Notes: generated by a model not told the origin, from the sequence alone. Positions 26,230-40,350 are shown, numbered from the whole stretch's first letter. The stretch: 63,779 nt of DNA, filler included, from Octopus bimaculoides (GCF_001194135.2; 7 parts of 7 records of this genome joined end to end with filler, not necessarily neighbours in it); one strand, 5' to 3'. A program made the numbers and translations.

Positions 26230-27715
26230 GCAAAATTTGATGGATATTATCTGCTCAACTAGCTCTGTTATGGTCATTGCGAATATCACACGCCATGCAA
26301 CTTCCTTCTTCCAAGAGATTAATGCATTTGCTGTCCCAGTGGTACGGTACAGATATAATATAATTAACTGGGATATAAAATATATAATTAAATCGAATGT
26401 AAACGAAAAAAACTAATGACAACAAACAATGCTTCTTCCAAAATCTGATGTTCATAGAACCTACCGTACCCGAGAAATGGGGTTAGCAGAGGCTTCATCC
26501 ACCTAGAATTATCCTTCAAGGCCATGAATATAAGACTTCATTCATACATCCATAATGATTACGAGTGGCTGATTCATACAGTTAAGGAACCAACACGAAG
26601 GGGCGGAGAATCTGCATTCTGATATCAAAGTGTCACAGAAGTATTAAAGAGATCTAAACTTAGATGCAAATGACAATGCCAAATCTACAATAACAACAGA
26701 AGCACCAAAAGACGACAGACAAAGACCTCACAGGGCTTATTGTAAAGAAAGAAGACATCAGTGGTTGGCTTGTACAAGACTAAAAGCAGTAACTGAAGGT
26801 TTTATTATGGCATCTCAGGATTAATCTCTATTCACAACAAATTCCCAACGAAACGTTCTCCACAATGACGCTGACCAAATGTGTAGACTATGTTATAAAA
26901 TAATAATGCAATTCAACATATTATGGAAGGCTGTTCAAGACATGAAATAACCGAGTACAAAACTAGACATGACCGAATAGGGTGGTATCTACGCTGGAAC
27001 ATCTTTCATTATTATGACATTCTACGACCTAAAGCCTGGTATGAATACTACACAAAACCAGTGACAACTGGTAATAGAGTAACAATTCTGTGGGACTTAC
27101 CCATCTGTTATAAGAAAAAAATAAATGATATAGACCTGATATAATTATTAAAACTATCGGTAAAATACCTAACAGATTTCAGAGTACCAGCTGATATACT
27201 ATACCTCAGAGAATTCGAAAAGCTTTCTAAATACAACGACTGAGCGATAAAAGTCAGAAGATTGTAGAAACTGAAAACTAGTAGGAGACTAGGCAAGGTT
27301 CACTGATAAGTGGTATAAAGATGGGCCTACTAAGGTGCTACAGGATAAGACATGAAATTTTGTGGGATTTTTACATCCGGCTTGATAAGAAACACAAGCT
27401 AGAAAGCTTGGTTTAGTAGTATTAGGCAAACTAATTAGAAAGTATCCGGTAATTAACTTTACAGTTCCAAACGATGAAAAAGTCAGTATGAGAGGTATAA
27501 AGCAAATAAGAAAGTACCTAGACATGCAGTTACAGAAGCTATGGTTAGTGCGTCTAAAATGTATCGCTGTACTTATAAGTGCGTCAGGAACTATCCCTAA
27601 GGATTGGGACAGCTGGAGAAAGGAAATAGGCATAAACCTAGTTTAGTGTAGCTCCCCATAAAACAGGGTTATTGGGGACCGCTAAGGTACTTATGAAGGT
27701 TATTGTCATCGAACG
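26230..27715 (+). mobile_element. Degenerate R4/Dong-clade LINE, same family as 24400-25700
   Basis: GCSRHEITEYKTRHDRIGWYLRWNI...VTILWDLPI and downstream REL remnants (SASGTIP). Confidence 0.8.
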
Positions 27716-27793
27716 TAACTTTTGTAGCTTGATATTAGGAATTATTTCCAACGGTCAAATCTTGAGTATTAATATGAAATAATAATAATAATG

Positions 27794-27842
<49 letters not shown>

Positions 27843-28926
27843 TAATAATAATATTAATAATAATAATAATAATAATAATAAGAAGAAGAAGAAGAAGAAG
27901 AAGAAAAAGAAGAAGAAGAATGGAGAAAGTGGCTTATTAATTAGGTAAGTAACAGTTACAAAAAGAAAGCAATTATGAAAGGCTTTACCGTCTGGAAATT
28001 ATTTTATAAATTCATGTTCAAAGAAATTTCCTGAATTTTTGATTTCTGAAATTTATAGAATATTTGAACTACAAGTTTTTCACAAATTTTCAATATTAGT
28101 TGTATTGACTGCGGTGTAGATTTTAATGTTTAATAAAAAGATATTAATTCGCTGCTGGCGAAATTATCCAATTTTGGCAACAATCTCTCACTCTCACTCG
28201 CGTCTATTTTCCTTAATGATAATTTAATATATATTAATTTCAATATTTTCATTTTAAGTATTCATTTACCATTTGCAAAACCCACCTTTTATTCTATACA
28301 CTTAATGTAAATATATATANNNNNNNNNNNNNNNNNNNNNNNNNNNNNNNNNNNNNNNNNNNNNNNNNNNNNNNNNNNNNNNNNNNNNNNNNNNNNNNNN
28401 NNNNNNNNNNNNNNNNNNNNNNNNNNNNNNNNNNNNNNNNNNNNNNNNNNNNNNNNNNNNNNNNNNNNNNNNNNNNNNNNNNNNNNNNNNNNNNNNNNNN
28501 NNNNNNNNNNNNNNNNNNNNNNNNNNNNNNNNNNNNNNNNNNNNNNNNNNNNNNNNNNNNNNNNNNNNNNNNNNNNNNNNNNNNNNNNNNNNNNNNNNNN
28601 NNNNNNNNNNNNNNNNNNNNNNNNNNNNNNNNNNNNNNNNNNNNNNNNNNNNNNNNNNNNNNNNNNNNNNNNNNNNNNNNNNNNNNNNNNNNNNNNNNNN
28701 NNNNNNNNNNNNNNNNNNNNNNNNNNNNNNNNNNNNNNNNNNNNNNNNNNNNNNNNNNNNNNNNNNNNNNNNNNNNNNNNNNNNNNNNNNNNNNNNNNNN
28801 NNNNNNNNNNNNNNNNNNNNNNNNNNNNNNNNNNNNNNNNNNNNNNNNNNNNNNNNNNNNNNNNNNNNNNNNNNNNNNNNNNNNNNNNNNNNNNNNNNNN
28901 NNNNNNNNNNNNNNNNNNNNNNNNNN

Positions 28927-28992
<66 letters not shown>

Positions 28993-29046
28993 GCAGGTTT
29001 GATTTGCTTTTTACACATCTATCACATTGGAATTTTGCAATTCAAT

Positions 29047-29645
29047 ATGAGGCGTCCAGAAATATAGACGACTGAATAGAAAAAAACATTTTGCAGCAAA
29101 GGCACGATGGCAGTGAGAAAAACGTGCACCTGAAACAGATGAAACGAGGGCAAAGCAACTGAAACAAATGTCAGAATATGCACGTAGACGTAGAGATGAT
29201 TCTATTTCCGCTACACATGACTGACTGGTCTGGACCCTCGAGAATAGAATATTCTATTTCAAAATAGGACACTGTGTCAGCATTCACCGTCTGCCTATTG
29301 ATAATCAATATGAAATGGGAAGCCTTCCAAACTCAAGTGAAATACAAACAGAAACACCAGTGCCAACAAACAGGGTGCTGGAAGACAAAACCGAATATCT
29401 AGAGCAGGAGTACAAACGAAAAAACTTTCAAACTAGAAAGAATTCTGTTAAAGGATTATCAATGAATGCCAGTTCTGATTAATTTTCAAGAAGAGGTTGT
29501 TCTGTATATTATAGAACCACACAATGCAGGGAATATCTTGAACATTGTTCATACTGCAAAGCTTACAGATGGCCCGCTGAATTGGAATCTCTCTGTTGCT
29601 TAGACGGGAAGGTAAAATTTGACAAACTGCCCCCACCACTTCTGT
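29047..29645 (+). mobile_element. Helitron RepHel N-terminal remnant
   Basis: Manual translation APETDETRAKQLKQMSEYARRRR (charged N-terminal repeat) and EHCSYCKAYRWPAELESLCCLDGKVKFDKLPPP at 29540-29640 (Helitron CxxC...W..E...CC..GKV zinc motif). Confidence 0.75.
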
Positions 29646-29851
29646 AGATGGACAACTATGGTGTTTGTTTAAAAAAAGAGAAATTATGACTATGATAAAG
29701 CAATGAATGCAATATTTAATAAGCAAGTGAGCAATATTATACGAAGAAATAATTAGACGTTAAATAACATATAAATTATCATACTTGGGAGTAAAATGTG
29801 AAAATATTATCACATATCTAGAGGAAAACCACGTGGATGGCAGTCTTTCTG

Positions 29852-29910
<59 letters not shown>

Positions 29911-30175
29911 GTTCTGTTANNNNNNNNNNNNNNNNNNNNNNNNNNNNNNNNNNNNNNNNNNNNNNNNNNNNNNNNNNNNNNNNNNNNNNNNNNNNNNNNN
30001 NNNNNNNNNNNNNNNNNNNNNNNNNNNNNNNNNNNNNNNNNNNNNNNNNNNNNNNNNNNNNNNNNNNNNNNNNNNNNNNNNNNNNNNNNNNNNNNNNNNN
30101 NNNNNNNNNNNNNNNNNNNNNNNNNNNNNNNNNNNNNNNNNNNNNNNNNNNNNNNNNNNNNNNNNNGTCTTTCTG

Positions 30176-30231
<56 letters not shown>

Positions 30232-30239
30232 GTTCTGTT

Positions 30240-31130
30240 AAAATAATGGCCTACAATTTTCCGTCAAAAAATTTTGCCTTACTTTTCTTTCCGTTCCTTT
30301 TCCCCTGAATATCCGAAAATGCAAACATCCTTTTTATTGCAAAAAACACCACAGTCTTCGCTGAACGGACATACAAACGAACACCTAAAAAAATTTAGTA
30401 ACTTTAATATTTCCAATTTTGTGTGAACATTTTATCTTTCCCTCTTCCCTGATTAACAGAATATGTAAAGAAGCCTTTTATTGTAACAAAACAATTAGAT
30501 GCACAATAAAAAAATTAAGGAAGTAAGCACCTACCGATATATACATACTGCACAACTACAAAAACTGTAAAACCACAGCAAAACTTTTATAAAGAATAAT
30601 TCCAGAAGAAAAAGGAAAAGAAATTCAGGAATTCAAAAATCCAACAAGGTGAACATCTCTTCTTCCTGCTATTCCCAAAGACTGGAATATCTACAATTTC
30701 CTCTGAATATTTTACATTTTCATCAAAATAAGATAAGTGAGGAAACTTACCTACAGCTTTCGAACACACAAACGATCAGCTTTAAAAAAAAAAAAACATT
30801 AATATCTACAACTACTGTGAATACTTATCCTTTCCTCACTCCCTGAGTATTCGAAAATGTAAACATCATCCACCTTTTTATTCTAAGAACACTACTATTT
30901 CTCTCTGTACATTCATACAAAAGATCATATTTAGTAAATCTTAAAACTCGTTTTCTATTCTTTTTGATACTCCCTGAGTATTCACAAATGTAAACATCTT
31001 TTTCATTCCAAAAGTCCTACTGTATTCCCCAACTGGACAGACAAACATTTCAAGAAAATTTTAAAACTAGTATATTTATCAAATACGTAAACACACATTT
31101 TATTGCAACACATCTTAATTCAGAAATTCA
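30240..31130. repeat. Degenerate tandem repeat with ~130-150 bp unit
   Basis: ccctgagtattcgaaaatgtaaacatc-like motif at ~30303, ~30841 and ~30972. Confidence 0.55.
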
Positions 31131-31552
31131 AAGATTCAACGACGTGAATATCAGCATATATANNNNNNNNNNNNNNNNNNNNNNNNNNNNNNNNNNNNNN
31201 NNNNNNNNNNNNNNNNNNNNNNNNNNNNNNNNNNNNNNNNNNNNNNNNNNNNNNNNNNNNNNNNNNNNNNNNNNNNNNNNNNNNNNNNNNNNNNNNNNNN
31301 NNNNNNNNNNNNNNNNNNNNNNNNNNNNNNNNNNNNNNNNNNNNNNNNNNNNNNNNNNNNNNNNNNNNNNNNNNNNNNNNNNNNNNNNNNNNNNNNNNNN
31401 NNNNNNNNNNNNNNNNNNNNNNNNNNNNNNNNNNNNNNNNNNNNNNNNNNNNNNNNNNNNNNNNNNNNNNNNNNNNNNNNNNNNNNNNNNNNNNNNNNNN
31501 NNNNNNNNNNNNNNNNNNNNNNNNNNNATATATATATATATACACATATATA

Positions 31553-31708
31553 CGACGGGCTTCTTTCAGTTTCCGTCTACAAAATCCACTTACAAGGCTT
31601 TGGTCGGCCCGAGGCTATAGTAGAAGACACTTGCCCAAGGTGCCACGCAGTGGGACTGAACCCAGAATCATGTGGTTGATAAGCAAGCTACTTACCACAC
31701 AGCTACTA
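31553..31708 (-). mobile_element. tRNA-derived CORE-like SINE (family C)
   Basis: Minus: gtagctgtgtggtaag...ggttcagtccc...gcaccttgggcaagtgtcttctactatagc; accttgggcaagt is the CORE-type motif. Confidence 0.75.
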
Positions 31709-32299
31709 TATATATATATATATATTATTGTTTTCTCTACTAGAATTACAAATAGAACAGGTTGAATTGCTTCTTTTCAAGGCCAAAGGTGCGCTCTCAG
31801 TGGACTCTGGTTGTAGTAAACACATTTGACCTCTGCTGAACCAAAGGGTGCGAAAATTCTTTTGTCTCTATGACTGACTACCCGATCATCTGCCGAATAT
31901 ATTTAGTGACCTAGAGATTATGATCTATTTCACCAAGATGTTACCCAACTATTTCCTTCAACAACGACATATTTATGTTTATCTCCAATACAAAACAAAA
32001 TTTTGAAAATAAAGAACATTTAGTAAAATCTTTAATAGTAAATGGAAATAGTAATAATGACAATAACAAGGGTAGTGGTGTTGATGGTGATAATGTTAAA
32101 AGTAAAAATAATAATAATACGCTGCAGCTGCTAATACTACAGCTACTACTATTATCAAAGCACTGGAATCTCAGGCCCAACTACCACCCTTACCAATACC
32201 CACACCCCAGCTACTGTTGTTGTTGCTGCCACCACTACTGCTACTACATATAAAAATAATAATATCAGAGATATCAGTGATGGTGATAATGATAATAAT

Positions 32300-35200
32300 A
32301 ATAATGAAAAGAAACGTGTGGAGCCTCTCATGGACTAATTAATGATATATCTAGTGATGGTGTCACAATAAAAACATTGGTAATTGCGCAATCTGATAAT
32401 CGCTACATCATATGAGTGACAATGAACAAACAAAATATTGTGAATAGCCTGTCGATATCCAGAAAGAGAGCACCACACACGGCGCAGATAGAGCAAGCAA
32501 ATTAATGCTGTGGTCATGGAGTGGTACTACCTGAGCAGCCCGGTAGATTAAAATGGTGCTCAAATTACGTTATAGACAACGTAATTATGATCATTGGAGA
32601 GAAAAGTGATTGTTTCAACTCACGGAACAGAGACTATATGTTCAAGGTAAGGCAATAAGAACAAAATCGTTGGTTCACAGAAATAGAGCTCGAAGCAATC
32701 AAAAGACGGGTCTTCGAAAATAGCAGCAGAGATAACGATGAAAATAGAGGTCTTAATTATAAGAGTAATCTAATAGCACAGGAAAGGAGCAGTGGTAGAT
32801 TACGTGATGAGAGACATATAGATGATCAATAAGAAGACTTTAAAACTAATGGCAACATGACAGATGAACAAAAAGCAATCTAAGACAGAATAAAATCAAG
32901 ACAACGGGAGATCGATAGCGACATTATTTGCAACCTTAAAAAGGTTGATCGATGGAAATTGAACCAAGAAAAGAAAAATGTCAATGAATTTCTGAAATAC
33001 ATCAGAAGAAACAACATCACAGAAACAAATAATTTGATCAAGGCAGCAAGTGTTGTTGTCGCAGAAAACGTGGGTGTTGATGTCAGGTAAAAGAAATATA
33101 ATGGGAGTGAGAGAAGAAAAGAACCATGGTGGAAAAGAATACAGGAAGGGTTAAACATGTTCTCGAAGGAAATGTCTCTGTTAAACCAAAATAAGAAGTG
33201 GGTGGAAGCCTAGGAGCGAACAAAATACAAGGCGCTGAAAAGGAAGCATAATATTGAAAGAGAGGGGCTGAAAGTGGTAAGTGAGGAACTGAAACAGCGC
33301 CTCGTTGCAATGAAGGCAAAGATGGTAAGATACGACCAAAGAATGAAGGGTTACCACCAGAACAGGTCATTCAGAATAGATCAGAAGAGTTTCTATAAAG
33401 AATTAAATGAAGAGTATACGGATGAAAAGTTGATACCAGATAACAATGAAATTCAATGGTTTTGGAGTGATATCTGAAGCAAAGACAAGGAGCACAAGAA
33501 GGATGCTGAATGGTTGCAAGAACTGAAACAAACAGTAGTCTGTCCAAAACAGGCAGAACTAGTCATTTCAATTAGGGAAGTGAAGGAAATCAACAAAAAA
33601 GAAAGAAAAAATGTTGAACTGGAAGTTCAAGGCTACAGGATCAAATGATTTGGGGAATGTCATGCACGAATAGCTGCGCAACTCAACACCTTGCTAAATG
33701 CCGACCAAGTAACACCACTTGACACAGGGTAGGACAGTGCTGTGCTTGAAAAACATCGAATTACAGGTAGACAATTACAGGCCGATATCCTGTTTGCCAT
33801 TTATGTAGAACCTATGGACTGGGATACTCGCAGAATCAATGTACGAACATCTAGAAAAAATGTAGTCATGTCACATGAGCAGAAGGGTTGCAAGCGTATG
33901 TGCAGGTGTAAGTGCAGGGATCCACTCCTGATAGATAAAACTGTACTTAGAGACTGCAAGAGGAGGAGAAAGTAACTTGGCCATGTCATGGATCGACTGT
34001 CGTAAGGCGTACGATATGATCCCACATTCTTGGATAAGGGAATGTTTGAACCTATTTGGTATTGCATCGAATGTTGAGCGATTGCTTGGAAAAAAGTATG
34101 GCGAATTAGAGGACGGACCTGATAGCATACGAAAACGTTTAGTGACTGTAGAAATTAGTAGGAGTATCTTCCAAGGGGACTGATCTTTGTAATGTGCTTG
34201 ATAATACTAACACTGATTCTGAGGAAAGAAAAAGCTGGGCATGTATTCAAAAGCCGTTAACAAAAAGTCAGCCATTTGTTATTCATGAATGACCTCAAAC
34301 TTTATGGTAAAGATGAAGCCCGAGTCAGCTCCCTCCCAGATACGGTGTATACCTTCATTGCTGATATCAACATGGAGTTTGGACTGAGAATGTTGTGTGG
34401 TAGTCTTGAAGAGATGCAAAATCAAATGTATGGACGGGCTAACGATGCTGTCGTTGGCGGTTATAAAGCAGATGAGACAGGCGATAAGTACTTGAGGATA
34501 TTGGAAATGGATAAATTGATAGAGTAAGAAATGACAGAAAAAATTAACTTGGAGTCCTTGCGCAGACTGAGACTGATCCTTAAGTCGAAATTAAACGAAC
34601 GGAATAAGATTGAAACTTTGAATACTTGAGCAGTTTCACTTCTTAGATATGGAGCAGGAGTAATCGCTTGGACAGTAGACAAACTAAACAGCGTAGGCAG
34701 AAACGCAAGGAAGTTGCAAACTAGATATGGGGCACTACACCAAAAAGTGACACAGACAGACTGTATGTACGAAGATAAAGATGAGGAAGAAAACTTAATG
34801 GATGCGAATACAGCATTACAGCAGAAAAAGCAACGTAGCATGGTATGTAAAAAATGCCACAGATCCGATATTATGTCAGGCTTGAGTTGGATGAAAGATT
34901 GAAAAGATAAAGCACAGTAAAAGAAATTGAAAACGAATGAAACTGAAAATAGGTGGGTAAAGAAAATAATACATGGTCAATTTCAGAGGGGTGTTGAAGA
35001 TAAGACAGACAGTGAAAACGGATGACTGTGCATGACTAAAAGTAATTTAAAACCGGAAACGGAAGCTCTAATCTGTGCTACCCAAGAGCAAGCAATAAGT
35101 AGAAACTACATAAAATACAGAATTGACAATACATCAGAAAGTGGTAAGTGCAGAATCTGGACAAAATGTTGAAACCGTATGGCATATTACCAGCCAATGT

Positions 35201-35790
35201 ACACCACTATCCCAGAAGGAATATGAGAGACGCCACGACTATATAGCCAGACTTGTCTATTGGACAATTTGCAACAAGTATGGACTGAACAGAAAAACCG
35301 TTCGTACAACCACAAACCAGAAGGCATCATCGAAAATAAAAAATGAAAAGATCCTATGGGATTTCATGATTCAGTACGACCATGGGATAGAGAATAGGAA
35401 ACCAGACATAATCTCAATTGAGAAAAAAAAGAAACTATGCTGGATCATAGATATAGCATGTCCAGCTGACAAAAAGGTATGCGATAAGGAAGAATGAAAT
35501 ATCGAGAGATATGACAGGTTAGTTTGGTAAGTTAAGCAGTTGTGGTCGATGAAAAAAGGTAGCACTAGTACCAATAATTGCTGGAGCCCTGGGAATAGTG
35601 AGCAAAAATCTCGAAAAATACGTGGAACAAATAGGGGCTGCAGTAAGTGTGGAGCACTTGCAGTATATAGCATTGCTTGGAACCACTCGAATACTCCGGA
35701 AGTTGCTCGAAAAATAAGAGGTGTTACCTTAGTTCACTGGTAGTGAATAGCTTACACCGTAGAACATCTCCAGCGTTAGAAGCTGTGCAA
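32300..35790 (+). mobile_element. Near full-length but heavily disrupted R4/Dong-clade LINE
   Basis: VMEWYYLSSPVD N-terminus, FRIDQKSFYKEL, EQKGCKR..DPLLID, SWIDCRKAYDMIPH, IFQGD, LLFMNDLKLY, C-x2-C knuckle, RRHDYIA, NRKPDII..IIDIACP REL; many stops and frameshifts. Confidence 0.9.
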
Positions 35791-35839
35791 AGGCATTGAT
35801 GATGATGATGATGATGACAACAACAACAACAACAACAAC

Positions 35840-35874
<35 letters not shown>

Positions 35875-35891
35875 TAATAATCATTATTATC

Positions 35892-35940
<49 letters not shown>

Positions 35941-36045
35941 CCTAGGCATAACACCTACATGAACTTCTAACTTGTTGTCTCTTGAGGTCTCTGGGTGAGA
36001 CTTGGATCCAACTTGTACAAATGCAAAACAAAAGTCAAACATAAA

Positions 36046-36094
<49 letters not shown>

Positions 36095-36101
<7 letters not shown>

Positions 36102-36520
36102 CATGTACCAAGTAAATTTATGCAGGAGGATGGAAAACTAACGATACTCTGGAACTACGATTTTCAGACGGATCGTGTAATCAAACACCGTCGGCCGGAT
36201 ATTGTCATATTGAGTAAGGGAGGCAAATGCTGTCAGGTCATTGATGTAGTCATACCAACTGTTGTGAGTAAAGAGGTTTAAAACATCACCAAATACTCCG
36301 AAATGAAAGTGGAAATGGCAGACTGTATACAGTAAGTGAGGGTAATGTAAAGCGATACCAGTGGTGATCGGAGCGTTGGTCTCAATCACATTGAAAATGC
36401 AAGACTTATTAAGACAACTGGAAATCCCATGCAATATTGATGTCTTGCAAAAAGCGGCCATATTGGGCACAGCGCACATCTTAAAGAAAGTATTATCTGT
36501 CTGATTTCCTTATTGTGACC
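36095..36520 (+). mobile_element. R4/Dong-clade REL endonuclease 3' fragment
   Basis: ILWNYDFQTDRVIKHRRPDIVIL...VIDVVIP...VVIGALG...LQKAAILGTAHILKKVL, bounded by (AAT)n and (AAG)n. Confidence 0.85.
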
Positions 36521-36572
36521 TGACAGATGACTAAAGACTCCGGTGCATATTTATCTACACTGTGTTACGAAG

Positions 36573-36645
<73 letters not shown>

Positions 36646-36739
36646 AAGAAGAAAAAGAAGAAGAAGAAGAAGAAGAAGAAGAAGAAGAAGAAGAAGAATA
36701 TAGTCGGTGAAAGAGCAACCTCAAAAAAGGTCTATCAAA

Positions 36740-37410
36740 ACAACGAAGTCAGCACCTGAAGAAATCTGGACCACTCTAACAACTAAAGAGTTCTCCCAAG
36801 CACTGCAAAAACTAAACAACTGGAAGACACCCGGACACGATAAGATCCCTAACTTCTGGTTAAAAGTCTGACAGGAACACATAAAAAGCTGGCTGAGATA
36901 TTTAATGAAATACTAGCAGACCGAGAGACAATCTCTATATGGCTAACGGAAGGGAAAACTACCCTGATTCTCAAATCCACAGAAACGGCAAACCCACAAA
37001 TTTACAGCGGGATAACTTATCTCCTTACAATATACAAAGCCTTCGCCGCAGTAATATCGCGGAGAATAAGCATGTATCTGGAAGAAATCAACCTGTTTCC
37101 AGAAGAGAAGGGATGCTGAAAGGGCTCATACCATTGTGAAGATCAACTACTTATCAACAAATCTATAACTGAAGACAGTCGCAGAAAGAAAAAAAGGTTC
37201 TATGGATGGTCTGGATCGATTACCGAAATGCTTTTGATGGTATTCCCCACAGATCGATCCTAGAAACACCAGCCATAAACAAGGTAGCACCAATAATCAT
37301 AAAATATATAAAACAGTAAGAGCATCACAACAAACCACCGCAAATACCGAAGGCACACAGAACTACACTCAGCAGTACAGAGAAAGCACGTCATGAAAAT
37401 AAGACTACTC
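36740..37410 (+). mobile_element. R4/Dong-clade RT N-terminal fragment joined to a 3' end
   Basis: NWKTPGHDKIPNFW, EGKTTLILK, CEDQLLINK, WIDYRNAFDGIPH; 3' UTR identical in type to 120-230. Confidence 0.8.
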
Positions 37411-37415
37411 AATAA

Positions 37416-37512
<97 letters not shown>

Positions 37513-39474
37513 TATGATGGTGATGGTTTCCAATTTTGTTACAGGGCCACTAATTTCGGGATTAGATCTATGTGCATTTTCCTAAGTATGTGCTATGCGT
37601 TCTACAGGACACATTTTGGAATTTATTTTTCAAATAATACACTATTTTATTTCACTTTGCATCAGGCATTTATCAATGAATTTCAATTGATGATTATTTC
37701 CTATAATGTATTCCTGGTGCGTTAATTTTCATTGACGTCTTTCACACTTCATTTCAATAATATCGTTAAAATCAGAAGCTCTGAGTGACGCACATATAAA
37801 TTCTGTTTCGTACGCGTCAACGTATCATATGATTGTGTATGCGTGTGTGTATGTAAATTCAGAAACATGCAGACATACACTTCCCACATACATATAAGCT
37901 TATGGGTTTTAGGCTTAACACCTTGCCAGATTTTACATCATGAGCCGTCCACTTTGGTGCGTCTAGCAAAGTCCTATAAAATACAGTTCTGTTTTGATTG
38001 TGTTTGTTAGATATGTCGATGATTACGTAATGAAAGATAGGTGTAAAAGTGAATACTTGTCACGTTTAGCAGCAATCTGTTTATAGGTATTAATGATTAA
38101 AATCAGAACTGCAATACTTCATATTTCACAGGAGTTAGAAAAATACGTCTACTGTTCAGCTACTTCTTTTTAGTACCAAGTAAATCACAGTTTGTTGGGA
38201 AATTTTGTTCACATATTCTGAGAAATGCCCAATCTCATTCGCTGGTCATTGGATCTACCGTGATCCAAGATACCGTTCAATTAGTGATCACTTCTATTTG
38301 GACCATCTTTGGCATTTATTTGTGATAATACATGATAATACATATTTTTCATGATGACTGACCGATATCACCTTCTGTATCTTAATTCAGTCTCTCTTGT
38401 GGCATGTCACATAATAGAATAGCAAGACTTCAAGTCCATTGGCTTGTTTGGTTCTTCTGCAGCCTCAGATTTGCCCAGTTCCGTCTAATTTGGGATAAAC
38501 GTTCGCAACTTCAGGCTTAGCCCTTGGGTTTGTTTTAGTGGCTTAGCTGATCAGTCGAAGCTAGAGTGTAGACACTGCCGTTCACTGCAGCATCAGTGGA
38601 CCCTTTAACTGAGTAATGTGTGCATAAAATTTACATTGTCATGTTAGCTGAACGTCCTCATAGAAAGCTTTGCCTCCGAAATGAAGTTTTCTTATTTTGT
38701 ACGGATAGTTTATTTTGGTGGTCGCATACTGAGGTAATTGGAGTTAAATATGTATAAGTGTATTGTTTTCTCTCTGCTGTAAACTTTAACGCTTCATGCG
38801 ATTTTGTCTGGTCCTAGGAAATTCCGTACAATACAACAGCATAAAACATATCAGTAAAGCAAGAAGCAAATCTCACCTATAACTGATGAAAGTCAACTAA
38901 AAACTGAGGGGATACCGCTCGCACCAGATATTGATTGATATTCAAGTGTGCTACTACAATCAGTCAAATTATAAATTTATCTTGCACGTACCATCCACTC
39001 ACTTCCTACTTAATCAGGAGATTAGGGAATTGCCTCTCCACTGAGACATGAATCATTCACGACAATGCACCTGTATGTCCATTCGAAGTGCGAAGCTGTT
39101 GTCTTTATCGATGTTCCAAAAAACACACGGCAATTCTAGCACTTAAACAGAAAATTCAGTTGACAATCATTTCGCACAAGTTCACTTCTAAGATTAACTA
39201 CTGTGTGCATATACCGTCCGAAAATTTCTCCTCGCATATAGCAGCACCCTACATATTGAGAGCGAAAAAGCACTCGATGAATGGCATCGACAGACCCGCT
39301 CATCTCCATATGGACTATTCTTGTGTTTAAAAAAGACACTGTTCACATCAAATCGGTGAGCTGCAGAATCGTCACATATTTGATAAAGATATTTTCAAAT
39401 ATGTATCGTGCTTCGTTATGCTCAACATCAAGATCAACTACCAGATTTCTTTTGCTACTACTGGTGAACTAAAT

Positions 39475-40110
39475 CTCCCCCTGAACCATTCCAATTCGGA
39501 ATATTTCCTCACGCTTTACTCATTAATACATTAGTTAATCTTAGATCTGACTGCTTCTCACTCACTACTTCTTCCCTCACTTTCTTTGACCATTCTACAT
39601 CTCCTGGTTTATCCCAAATATTACTCCTGGTTTATCCCAGATAATACTCCAGAACTTTATAGCTTCCTCTGCATTAGGTTTCTCATCTTAAGTACTTCGT
39701 TCTCCACTTTTTATTTGGTTATACAGTCTCTGGTCTTTCTCAAATAATCCATTCTTGTTTTCTTGTCTATTTTAATTAGTTAATTTAGAAGCCAGTTAAG
39801 AATATTGTAGCTGTAACTTAAAACTGGGGTTGGTAGAGTGTTGATACCTATCATCTTGGTTTTCGCATTAAGCTCTGTTTTCAGTATTAATCTAACACGT
39901 CTATAGTATTCATATTCTTCTCTTTCATTTCTATGTTGTTTATCGTATCTAGTTCATTGATTCCCGAGTATTTGTATGCCTGGCTTCCGTCTAATTCCCT
40001 TATTTAATTTGCTTTATCTAGTGTAATGTTGTTACTCTTAGCTAGTTTTCTTGTTATCACATCACGGTTGCTTTGGCACATTTTTCTAAGCCAAATTTCA
40101 TGTTTAATTT
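39475..40110 (-). mobile_element. Two R4/Dong-clade fragments
   Basis: Minus: MKFGLEKCAKA, YKYSGINE, ELNAKTKMIGINTL and PNAEEAIKFWSIIWDKP. Confidence 0.7.
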
Positions 40111-40124
40111 CTTTGGTCAATCCA

Positions 40125-40350
40125 TGTATTATAATTATTAACAAAGTCAGCGATCTGGCGGAATCATTAGGACGCCAGGCAAAATGCTAAGCGTCATTTT
40201 GTCCGTCTTTACGTTCTCAGTTCAAATTCCAACGATGTCGACTTTGTCCTTCATCCTTTCGGGTTTGACAAATTAGGAATAATTTTCGCACTGAGGTCGA
40301 TATAATAGACTTATCCCACTCCTGAACTTACTGGCAGTGAGCCAAAATGT
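40125..40350 (+). mobile_element. Family A SINE
   Basis: Family A core sequence. Confidence 0.8.

Noticed and set aside
29846-30240. Direct duplication gtctttctgataat(AAT)n aaagttctgtta on both sides of a gap
   Set aside because: Most likely overlapping contig ends around an unresolved AAT repeat.
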